A DNA stretch of 64,000 nucleotides. It comes from Macrostomum lignano. Its lineage: Eukaryota. Location of the stretch: positions 173,763-237,762 of the forward strand of contig NIVC01001785.1 in the NCBI GenBank assembly GCA_002269645.1. Direction: 5' to 3'. Below, piece by piece: positions 30,801-41,956 of the stretch (the first letter of the stretch is position 1; every line of letters begins with the position of its first letter). A program made the position numbers and the translations under genes. The notes under the pieces are model-generated. The model made no database searches. It worked only from the letters and a program-made list of their open reading frames with translations, and was not told where the DNA came from.

Positions 30801-33800
30801 ACGCTAAAATGAGTGCCTGCGGCGCCAAAACGAGTGCCTGCGGCGCCAAAATGAGTGCCTTCGACGCTAAAATGAGTGCCTGCGGCGCCAAAATGATTGC
30901 CTTCGACGCCAAAATGAGTGCCTTCGACGCTAAAATGAGTGCCTGCGGCGCCAAAACGAGTGCCTGCGGCGCCAAAATGAGTGCCTTCGACGCTAAAATG
31001 AGTGCCTGCGGCGCCAAAATGAGTGCCTGCGGCGCCAAAATGAGTGCCTGGCTGTGGCGCCAAAATGAGTGCTTGCGGCGCCAAAATGAGTGCCTGGCTG
31101 TGGCGCCAAAATGAGTGCTTGCGGCGCCAAAATGAGTGCTTGCGGCGCCAAAATGAGTGCCTTCGACGCTAAAATGAGTGCCTGCGGCGCCAAAATGATT
31201 GCCTTCGACGCCAAAATGAGTGCCTTCGACGCTAAAATGAGTGCCTGCGGCGCCAAAACGAGTGCCTGCGGCGCCAAAATGAGTGCCTTCGACGCTAAAA
31301 TGAGTGCCTGCGGCGCCAAAATGAGTGCCTGCGGCGCCAAAATGAGTGCCTGGCTGTGGCGCCAAAATGAGTGCTTGCGGCGCCAAAATGAGTGCCTGCG
31401 GCGCCAAAATGAGTGCCTGCGGCGCCAAAATGAGTGCTTGCGGCGCCAAAATGAGTGCCTGCGGTGCCAAAATGAGTGCCTGGCTGTTGCGCCAAAATGA
31501 GTGCTTGCGGCGCCAAAATGAGTGGCTGCGGCGCCAAAATGAGTGCCTGGCTGCGGCGCCAAAATGAGTGCCTGCGGCGCCAAAATGAGTGCCTGCGGCG
31601 CCAAAATGAGTGCCTGGCTGCGGCGCCAAAATGAGTGCCTGCGGCGCCAAAATGAGTGCCTGCGGCGCCAAAATGAGTGCCTGGCTGTGGCGCCAAAATG
31701 AGTGCCTGGCTGTGGCGCCAAAATGAGTGCTTGCGGCGCCAAAATGAGTGCCTGCGGCGCCAAAATGAGTGCCTGGCTGTGGCGCCAAAATGAGTGCCTG
31801 GCTGCGGCGCAAAAATGAGTGCCTGGCTGTGGCGCCAAAATGAGTGCTTGCGGCGCCAAAACGAGTGCCTGGCTGTGGCGCCAAAATGAGTGCTTGCGGC
31901 GCCAAAATGAGTGCTTGCGGCGCCAAAATGAGTGCCTGCGGTGCCAAAATGAGTGCCTGGCAACGCCAAAATGAGTGCCTGCGGCGCCAAAATGAGTGCC
32001 TGGCTGCGGCGCCAAAATGAGTGCCTGGCTGTGGCGCCAAAATGAGTGCCTGGCTGCGGCGCCAAAATGAGTGCCTGCGGCGCCAAAATGAGTGCCTGCG
32101 GCGCCAAAATGAGTGCCTGGCTGCGGCGCCAAAATGAGTGCCTGCGGCGCCAAAATGAGTGCCTGCGGCGCCAAAATGAGTGCCTGCGGCGCTAAAATGA
32201 GTGCCTGCGGCGCTAAAATGAGTGCCTTCGACGCTAAAATTAGTGCCTGCGGCGCCAAAATGATTGCCTTCGACGCTAAAATGAGTGCCTGCGGCGCCAA
32301 AATGAGTGCCTGCGGCGCCAAAATGAGTGCCTGGCTGTGGCGCCAAAATGAGTGCCTGGCTGCGGCGCAAAAATGAGTGCCTGCGGCGCCAAAATGAGTG
32401 CCTGGCTGCGGCGCCAAAATGAGTGCCTGGCTGTGGCGCCAAAATGAGTGCCTGGCTGCGGCGCCAAAATGAGTGCCTGCGGCGCCAAAATGAGTGCCTG
32501 CGGCGCCAAAATGAGTGCCTGCGGCGCCAAAATGAGTGCCTGGCTGCGGCGCCAAAATGAGTGCCTGCGGCGCCAAAATGAGTGCCTGCGGCGCCAAAAT
32601 GAGTGCCTGCAGCGCTAAAATGAGTGCCTGCGGCGCTAAAATGAGTGCCTTCGACGCTAAAATGAGTGCCTGCGGCGCTAAAATGAGTGCCTTCGACGCT
32701 AAAATGAGTGCCTGCGGCGCCAAAATGAGTGCCTGCGGCGCCAAAATGAGTGCCTGGCTGTGGCGCCAAAATGAGTGCCTGGCTGTGGCGCCAAAATGAG
32801 TGCTTGCGGCGCCAAAATGAGTGCCTGCGGCGCCAAAATGAGTGCCTGCGGCGCCAAAATGAGCGCCTGGCTGCGGCGCCAAAATGAGTGCCTGCGGCGC
32901 CAAAATGAGCGCCTGGCTGCGGCGCCAAAATGAGTGCCTGCGGCGCCAAAATGAGTGCCTGCGGCGCCAAAATGAGCGCCTGGCTGCGGCGCCAAAATGA
33001 GTGCCTGCGGCGCCAAAATGAGTGCCTGCGGCGCCAAAATGAGTGCCTGGCTGTGACGCCAAAATGAGTGCCTGGCTGCGGCGCAAAAATGAGTGCCTGG
33101 CTGTGGCGCCAAAATGAGTGCTTGCGGCGCCAAAACGAGTGCCTGGCTGTGGCGCCAAAATGAGTGCTTGCGGCGCCAAAATGAGTGCTTGCGGCGCCAA
33201 AATGAGTGCCTGCGGTGCCAAAATGAGTGCCTGGCAACGCCAAAATGAGTGCCTGCGGCGCCAAAATGAGTGCCTGCGGCGCCAAAATGAGTGCCTGGCT
33301 GTGGCGCCAAAATGAGTGCCTGGCTGCGGCGCCAAAATGAGTGCCTGCGGCGCCAAAATGAGTGCCTGCGGCGCCAAAATGAGTGCCTGGCTGCGGCGCC
33401 AAAATGAGTGCCTGGCTGTGGCGCCAAAATGAGTGCCTGGCTGCGGCGCCAAAATGAGTGCCTGCGGCGCCAAAATGAGTGCCTGCGGCGCCAAAATGAG
33501 TGCCTGGCTGTGGCGCCAAAATGAGTGCCTGGCTGTGGCGCCAAAATGAGTGCCTGCGGCGCCAAAATGAGTGCCTGGCTGTGGCGCCAAAATGAGTGCC
33601 TGCGGCGCCAAAATGAGTGCCTGCGGCGCTAAAATGAGTGCCTGCGGCGCCAAAATGAGTGCCTTCGACGCTAAAATGAGTGCCTGCGGCGCCAAAATGA
33701 GTGCCTGGCAACGCCAAAATGAGTGCCTGCGGCGCCAAAATGAGTGCCTGCGGCGCCAAAATGAGTGCCTGGCTGTGGCGCCAAAATGAGTGCCTGGCTG

Positions 33801-35386
33801 CGGCGCCAAAATGAGTGCCTGCGGCGCCAAAATGAGTGCCTGCGGCGCCAAAATGAGTGCCTGCGGCGCCAAAATGAGTGCCTGGCTGTGGCGCCAAAAT
33901 GAGTGCCTGCGGCGCCAAAATGAGTGCCTGCGGCGCCAAAATGAGTGCCTGCGGCGCCAAAATGAGTGCCTGGCTGCGGCGCCAAAATGAGTGCCTGCGG
34001 CGCCAAAATGAGTGCCTGCGGCGCCAAAATGAGTGCCTGCGGCGCTAAAATGAGTGCCTGCGGCGCTAAAATGAGTGCCTTCGACGCTAAAATGAGTGCC
34101 TGCGGCGCCAAAATGATTGCCTTCGACGCCAAAATGAGTGCCTTCGACGCTAAAATGAGTGCCTGCGGCGCCAAAACGAGTGCCTGCGGCGCCAAAATGA
34201 GTGCCTTCGACGCTAAAATGAGTGCCTGCGGCGCCAAAATGAGTGCCTGCGGCGCCAAAATGAGTGCCTGGCTGTGGCGCCAAAATGAGTGCTTGCGGCG
34301 CCAAAATGAGTGCCTGCGGCGCCAAAATGAGTGCCTGCGGCGCCAAAATGAGCGCCTGGCTGCGGCGCCAAAATGAGTGCCTGCGGCGCCAAAATGAGCG
34401 CCTGGCTGCGGCGCCAAAATGAGTGCCTGCGGCGCCAAAACGAGTGCCTGCGGCGACAAAATGAGTGCCTGGCTGTTGCGCCAAAATGAGTGCCTGGCTG
34501 CGGCGCAAAAATGAGTGCCTGGCTGTGGCGCCAAAATGAGTGCCTGCGGCGCCAAAATGAGTGCCTGGCTGTGGCGCCAAAATGAGTGCCTGGCTGCGGC
34601 GCCAAAATGAGTGCCTGCGGCGCCAAAATGAGTGCCTGCGGCGCCAAAATGAGTGCCTGCGGCGCCAAAATGAGTGCCTGGCTGTGGCGCCAAAATGAGT
34701 GCCTGCGGCGCCAAAATGAGTGCCTGCGGCGCCAAAATGAGTGCCTGCGGCGCCAAAATGAGTGCCTGGCTGCGGCGCCAAAATGAGTGCCTGCGGCGCC
34801 AAAATGAGTGCCTGCGGCGCCAAAATGAGTGCCTGCGGCGCTAAAATGAGTGCCTGCGGCGCTAAAATGAGTGCCTTCGACGCTAAAATGAGTGCCTGCG
34901 GCGCCAAAATGATTGCCTTCGACGCCAAAATGAGTGCCTTCGACGCTAAAATGAGTGCCTGCGGCGCCAAAACGAGTGCCTGCGGCGCCAAAATGAGTGC
35001 CTTCGACGCTAAAACGAGTGCCTGCGGCGCCAAAATGAGTGCCTGCGGCGCCAAAATGAGTGCCTGGCTGTGGCGCCAAAATGAGTGCTTGCGGCGCCAA
35101 AATGAGTGCCTGCGGCGCCAAAATGAGTGCCTGCGGCGCCAAAATGAGTGCCTGGCTGTTGCGCCAAAATGAGTGCCTGGCTGCGGCGTAAAAATGAGTG
35201 CCTGGCTGTGGCGCCAAAATGAGTGCTTGCGGCGCCAAAATGAGTGCCTGGCTGTGGCGCCAAAATGAGTGCTTGCGGCGCCAAAATGAGTGCTTGCGGC
35301 GCCAAAATGAGTGCCTGCGGTGCCAAAATGAGTGCCTGGCAACGCCAAAATGAGGGCCTGCGGCGCAAAAATGAGTGCCTGCGGCG
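27855..35386. repeat. 7.5-kb satellite of 21-bp (and 25-bp) monomers with higher-order cassettes
   Basis: GGCGCCAAAATGAGTGCCTGC and GGCGCCAAAATGAGTGCCTGGCTG(C/T); roughly 340 monomers. Confidence 0.97.
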
Positions 35387-37423
35387 TTGCACTGACCACA
35401 GCCACTTCAAGAGGTGCTGCTGCTGGTGCGAGGACAGGCGCGCACCAACGCTTCGTTTTTCCTGCCTTGATGGCTGACGCCTTATTTCCAAGACATTTTT
35501 GGAGAGAGAATATTTTTATCTTATACCGGTATTCCCTATTCAGTGCAGCTAAATAAGAAAAAGCTGCAATATGATACAAGCATTCGCGCATTAGGACGCC
35601 AGCAAGGAGAGAAACAGAGGTAATCTAACCCAGGATTGAGTGCAAGTTACATTAATGTCTGACTCAATCAGTCTCATAGCCTAAATAAGGATTTAGTCGA
35701 GCAAGAAAAATGGTAATGAAATTTCTTGATGAGTGTAAAATACACAGCAATTATATAGTCAGTAGTATTCTCCTTAATGTCCTTAATCGATATAAATCAT
35801 ATGTTTAGGAGGATAAAAACTTCATTCATGTCATTCTTTATACCTCCCAGGTCTTAATTAGTTTAAGCGTTGACCCCTCCCTGGAATGTCATCCGCTAAA
35901 GAACCTCTAAGTCTGCTATAGGATCTTCTATTTTTTTCTGACTCATTCCCATTTTTCGAAGAAATAAATTGGTTGTAGTCTCGAAAACACAGCCCTGAGG
36001 GAATAGCTCGTACTGTGTGATTATTTTTTGTTATATTTTCAGATCGTTGTTAAAATTATACAGTTTTCTTTCCAATACATCTATTAGCCTACTAGCAGCA
36101 GTAGCCATATTAGAAAGTGATGAACTTTTAATAATTAGGTGTTGCTCTAAAAATAATTTTTCCATTTCAATAAAGAATCCAATGACTAACATCAGAGACA
36201 CCTGCAACTTTTGAGGCGATGCCGGAATGCATTCAGGTCCAGTCAACATGACAACATGACTTTGATAGCTCAAACCAGAGTATCACTACTCGAATAGAAT
36301 ATAGAGAGATAGAGAGAATTTAATTGAAACTTTATTCGTACAATCAACGGGCACATTTATCTAGTCAAGTGTGATAGTCAAGTGTGATATAAGGCATGAT
36401 AGGGTGTTATTCCAAAGAGGATACAGGATTTAAGAGCTTTTTAAATTCAGTTGAAACCTATTTAGGATGCTTCACCTTGAGGATAAAACATAAAAATTTA
36501 ATTACGCATATACTCAGTGCGTGAATGTAAAAGATTTTTGGATTAGCAAAGCACTTTTACGCACAGAGACGCTGCTGACGTTGCGTGCTCACAAAGCCAT
36601 GACTTTGAAGCTTTCTATAGAGATGGGACAAAAACACCCTTGGCTTGAGGTTCCCTGCAGATGAAAGCGTTTCCCCACAAGCAGCTGCACCCATACCTAA
36701 GCCTGTCCTGACCTAAAAACCATGGTACCTACCTAGCTTTTCTGTCAGTAAACTGAAGGCTGTACTAGCAAAAGCTTTAACGACTACTGCACTATACTAC
36801 ATTATATTGGCAATTTCTAAGACGCCTTTAAGCCAAGGATTTGCTCAGAAAACAAGTCAGCTGGGTTGCCTAATTAGTAATAAGCAAGTCCCACAGGCAA
36901 AAAGGACAACTACAAGACTGTGAAGTCTGGGTTTGCGTGCCGAAAAGGTGGCCTCTGTATGGCTCTGTTTACTCAATATATTTATTAGTCAATATTGTGG
37001 GGTGGGGTGCAGCGATGCGCGATTGGTCGAGAATTGGTAAACAAGTTTAGGCGAGAGAATGAGTCATGAATAATAATGTGGGGCAGAGAGTGCAGCGCAC
37101 GGCCTACGCCCTACAAAGACCATTATTGCCTCCCACAGATACCGCAGTGCGAGACATTGCCCCAGAAATTCGACAATATTTGACAATATTACAGGTACTG
37201 AGACTTTTGCCTCGCCTGGTCAAGCGTTTTATGCGGTGCCTGCTGATGTACAATCATTATTAAAAACTGGGATGAAAGTAAAGATCTCTAAGGACTGCAG
37301 AAAAGTAGCTATTCGACAATATAATCGTTCATGAACCAACAAACTTGAATTAGCACATGAACCTACTGAGTACATGCAAGTCTGAGCGCCTGATCTAGAG
37401 TGAACTTTCAACTTTCAAGTCCG

Positions 37424-40400
37424 TCAGTGGTTTTTGCACCATGTCTCAATTTCCTCAATATCGGCGGCAGTCAGTTTGCCTCTGGCCAGGCTAAAGCACT
37501 GCAGCCAGCCCATCAGGCTCAGCTCAGGAACTCTAAAACCACCGAATCGCAAGCAGCTGTAGTGTTCCGGTGAGTTCAGGCGTTTGGCATTTAGTTGAGC
37601 AGTTCCCACCGGGCAGTTCCATTGTTGTCCATTGTAGAACAGAGTAGTTGAATCGTTGCTATTCGTACGATAGCCAAACGATGCAAAGTCGCTTGTGTTG
37701 AGAAAGGCGTTTGCGCTTTTCACGTACCTGTTGTATTTCAGTACGTGCATAGAAAGTTGCAGCCTGAATAGTTTGCCCTTTGGGTTGATTGTGAACCGCT
37801 CGCCCAACGTGCTGGTGTCGTTGCACATAGTGAAGTAAAAGAAGTGCATCATCGGTGGATTGTAGCTAAAAGGTGATTTTGGTGTGTTTTGTATGAAATT
37901 TGGTTACTTTGTTAGTCCGTTTAGTTATTTTAGTTCTTTCCATGGGCACTGCTGCAAATTAAGGAGACAGTCGATTTGGACCTTGCAAGCAAGCACACGC
38001 TCAGACACACAGATGCGAGGGGAGTTCAATAAGTTTTCGGTTGTGCAAAGACTTAAATAGTTAAAGAGCAACTGACTGTCAGATTTTTTCAAAGTACTCT
38101 TTGGAAGAGGCTACATGTATGCACCGTCGCATCCTCAGAAACCACTTATTGAAGCACTCTGAACTTGGCCCCTCCTTGACATGCTTGATGAAGGCCTCGA
38201 CTGCAGCTTCCGACGATGAATAGCGAATGCCACACATCTTCTGCTTGATTTGCGGAAACACAAAGACGTCACACGGGGCCAGGTCTGGGGCTGTAGGGTG
38301 GATGGCCGAGCTCTTGAATGTGTTCTCCAGCCAGGAATTCGACCACTTGCCTGGACTTCTGATTGGGGGCGTTGTCGTGATGAAGAAGCACACCCCGAGC
38401 TCGAGTCCTTCGGCGGCGGCTGGAGAGAGCACTCAGCACTTCTGGCCGGCAGTAGTTGGTATTACCAGTTGCCAGTGACTGTGCGCTGCTGTACAAGTGG
38501 CACGGTCGCTACATGACCAGCTTTCGTCACAAAAATGGCCACCATCTGCTTTGCTACGCTGCGCAGAGCAAAGTGTTTGAAATTACACAGATATAATCAC
38601 AAGATAATGTACATAATACCTGCTATGCCAAAGTTATGTACATCACCTTCCCAATTTGTGCATCCGGAAACGTATTGAACTCCACCTCGTATGTACTCAG
38701 GCACACGCTCACACAGGATGTACAGCGATCCGCTGTCTCTCATCGGCACCCGCAGAGCGTACCTTGGGGAACGCAGCCGTGCGCGAAACCGGACATGGGG
38801 TCTTTGGCTGCGCGAGAGTCAGAGACGCGTTAACCGCTGAGCTACTCTAGCCCTGAGCGATTGCAAAGCTTCGGGAATCAATTTCTATTGAGTTTTCACT
38901 TACTAAAAGTTCGGCAGGAACCGACCGCGGATGTAAACTGTGACATTGGAGGCAGGGATGAACAGCCGATCGGTGTCGGGCGCCGTAACCACATCCAGCA
39001 GAGAGTCGGCCTGGCCAGTCAAGTAGATGCCCATGGACTTGTTGTGAAGGACTCCGCGAGCCAACGGGGCGTGCGGATTGCCGCCGTCAGGAATCTGGGC
39101 CAGGTTAAACATCCCCATGCGGAAGTTGTACAGCAGCTTCATGGATTGCCGCACGCCAGCACTCAGGTCGCCGGTTCGCTCTGCGGGTTTCGAATGTTCA
39201 GCGGTGCAACTTCTCATACTCAAAACATTAGAAGGTAAGTAGGTTAGCTGCAAAATTTATTCAATTTGCCGACCAAGGACTACTCAAAGGACGGGAAACT
39301 ACGTACGTTTCTTGGAATTTTTAGGAGTCAGGTTTTACAGAAAAATACATGACGGAGAATATAGGTTTTCATTTTTTCAGCACAAACCCAATTAATTGTT
39401 CATCTTTTGATATTTTTTGCCTTTCTTATAGTTCTATTGATATCCGTAAAGCTTTTCGTTCAGAAGATTAGAATTCTATATATTATTTTAAATCCTACGT
39501 CCAGTCGAATATGTACTGTGCCTAAAAATCATAACAATGGCACGGCTCGACTCATTAGCTTTATGAATCTATTTTATCATTCTGTTACACACTTTTTTGC
39601 AGTCAATAAGCTCATCACAATGCTATGAGCGTAAAGTGGATGTCATGTCAAAAAATTATTATTAGGGAACTGCAAAGATGTGAAGCCTGGGAGGAATTTC
39701 TATAATGCTGTGACTCTTTGGGAGAATCGATGAGATGTCAAGGCTTAGATTAGAGTTCATAAGATAAATTTAGTCTATTCAAAAATTTTCATTCCGTTTT
39801 TTTGTTGGATTTCCATGCTATACCAGAATCCTAATTTTCTTTAAAGCTTTATGAGTATCAATAGAGCTATAAGAAAGGCTAAAATTTCAAAAGATGGACA
39901 CTTGGGTCTGCCACCTACGAGTATCAAAAGCAGTAACAAATAAAAAGCTCCATCTCCGTGATGTATATTTTCGGTAAAGCCTGTCTCCTAAAAATTACCA
40001 AGAAACGTAGTTTCCTGTCCTTTTACTTGAGTAGTCCTTGAGGTCGGCAAAAATCTGAGTAGTCAAAAAACAAACCAACAACTTAGTTTTCTTCTATAGT
40101 CGTGCTTTCCGAGTAGATATTTACGAGAAAACCACTTATGTGAATAATGTAAATGTAAATCACTCGTTTTTCACGCTTTGCCTTTTTAAACTATTTCAAT
40201 AGCCCGATTTTGGATCATACTAAAGGATAATCGACTCACCAAGCTGAAATTTCCGAACGGCAGCTGTGTCCACAAAAGTCCGACAGCTGGAATCGGGAAG
40301 CCACTGGCTCAGGAAGGCCTCCACGCCGGCCATCAAGCACTGGCCAGAGCGATACAGTGCAGCAGTGCACTTGGACTTCAGTTTGCAGCTCAGAGTGCAT

Positions 40401-40777
40401 CTTAGCTCTTGGCAGCTGGTCGCGTCATTGTCAGCTGAGCAGGCAATTCGACGCGCCAGGCTGCTGCCCGACTCGATGTTGACGCCATCGGACTGGGCCA
40501 CCGACTCAGCGGGACAAGCCTTGAGCTGCTGGAAGCTGATGGCAGCTGAGCTGGAAACTAGACTGCTGGTACCGATGGAAACCATAAGAACTGTCCAGCA
40601 GACAGCAGATCCCAGACGCTGAAATATTCCATATGAATCTGGTTATGAAAACGCAATGGCTAAAAAAAAATTCCAAGCTTGAAAACAACTAACTCAGTTT
40701 AACTTTCGGATCTATTGAACTACTCCAAAATTCACTACAAGCGAGTTCGAGGTTACAATACTCACCTTAGCCTGCAT
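37424..40777 (-). CDS. Putative multi-exon secreted protein: signal peptide + PAN/apple-like + LamG/pentraxin-like domain
   Basis: Exons 40777-40766 (MQAK|GTGAGT), 40618-40240, ~39180-38904, ~38841-38713 (uncertain) and 37865-37424 give phase-consistent joins. Signal peptide MQAKRLGSAVCWTVLMVSIGTSSLVSSSAA; CTLSCKLKSKCTAALYRSGQCLM; TTLFYNG...LRFGG...LMGWLQCFSLARGKLTAADIEEIETWC. Confidence 0.55.
38016..38689 (-). mobile_element. Internally deleted mariner (D34D) element
   Basis: Imperfect TIRs CGAGGGGAGTTCAATAAGTTTTCGG / CCGGAAACGTATTGAACTCCACCTCG, flanked by TG (mutated TA) and TA. Broken transposase C-terminus: KQMVAIFV, LLHHDNAP, HPPYSPDLAPCDVFVFP, RMRRCI...EYFEK. Confidence 0.88.
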
Positions 40778-41134
40778 TTGATAAGGAGTTTTTGTTTTCT
40801 AGAGGAAGATTAGCTCTCGCATAGATACTAACAGCTTCGTTGGCTAATTGAAGTAGGCTGCCGCAGCATTGGGCTTACAGGTTGGTTGTCATAGTTACAC
40901 TGCCTTCCCAGCCTTGCTAATCATCTCAGCAGAGCACAGTTAAAAAAGTTTGCCTCAACTAAACAATGGACTAGTATTTGACTTGGAATGTTCATAGCTA
41001 TAGACTGCTTCAGAATAGCAGCATCTTTCTCAGCAGCTGCATCTGCAGTTGGCGACGGCATTGTTAAAATTCCTTGTACGCTCTTATTTATGCAAAGCTA
41101 TTCAAGCATGCTAAAGCTAAGAACCTATAAGTGC

Positions 41135-41474
41135 AGTAGTAGGGCGAATTATGATACTGCCGCACTAGCACTGGCGAGATAGGCGGCAATGCAAATGTAT
41201 AGGGAAAAATACACTGCGGAGATATGAGCCCTATCTCTGTGCATTGGGGACGGCTAAGCACTGCAGAGATATGAGCTCTATCTCTGTGCATTGGGGACGG
41301 CTAAGCACTGCAGAGATATGAGCTCTATCTCTGTGCATTGGGGACGGCTAAGCACTGCAGAGATATGAGCTCTATCTCTGTGCATTGGGGACGGCTAAGC
41401 ACTGCAGAGATATGAGCTCTATCTCTGTGCATTGGGGACGGCTAAGCACTGCAGAGATATGAGCTCTATCTCTG
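41135..41474 (+). repeat. Left TIR (340 bp) including five 47-bp units
   Basis: Starts AGTAGTAGGGCGAATTATGATACTGCCGC; matches the right TIR in reverse complement. Confidence 0.93.
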
Positions 41475-41500
41475 TGCATTGGGGACGGCTAAGCACTGCG
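41218..41500. repeat. 47-bp tandem repeat x6 in and just beyond the left TIR
   Basis: AGAGATATGAGCTCTATCTCTGTGCATTGGGGACGGCTAAGCACTGC; no spacers. Confidence 0.95.
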
Positions 41501-41847
41501 GAGATAGAGGCGATTCATGATACTGCCGCACTAGCGCTGGCGAGATAGGCGGCAAAAAGGATATAGGAAAAATACACTGCGGAGAGGATCCTATCTCTGT
41601 GCATTGGGAACGGCTAAACATTGCAGAGATAAGAGGGGTGGCCAATCTCTGTGCTCTGTGTTAGGGTAAGGTTATAAAGTTTTACAACTGCACAGAGGAC
41701 GGCTGGTGTTGCTTACCTGGATAAGGGGACGGGGGGATACACTAATTACAGCCAGTGGCCTCTATAACGGTAAAGTAATTATTACCTGAGCATGGCTGGA
41801 TGTTCATATACGATATGATAAGGAGAGGGCATGCATGTACAAATTAC

Positions 41848-41855
41848 TATATAAG
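41848..41855 (+). promoter_or_regulatory. TATA box (TATATAAG) of the left-end ORF
   Basis: 101 nt upstream of ATG 41957; CCAAT at 41642-41646. Confidence 0.55.
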
Positions 41856-41956
41856 CAGCCACGCAAGTACAAATAAACAAATAGACAAAAACAAATTGTA
41901 TAAAAGGATTTTTAAAAACCTTACTACTTCTAAAAAACAACTCTTTCTCTTTCAAA

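Noticed and set aside
27705-35485. hAT MITE enclosing the large satellite (CAGGGGCGTCGCC start)
   Set aside because: The candidate right end GGCTGACGCCTT is a poor match and the 8-bp flanks (GGTATAAT vs TTATTTCC) do not form a TSD.
27846-35591. Very long ORFs (up to 1532 aa) of APQALIL/AAGTHFG/WRRRHSF repeats
   Set aside because: These are translations of a stop-free satellite that switch between all three frames; there is no unique domain or plausible gene structure.
41218-41500. CRISPR-like palindromic 47-bp repeats (also 63680-63925)
   Set aside because: The units are directly adjacent with no unique spacers, the context is eukaryotic with no cas genes, and they are part of the viral TIR.
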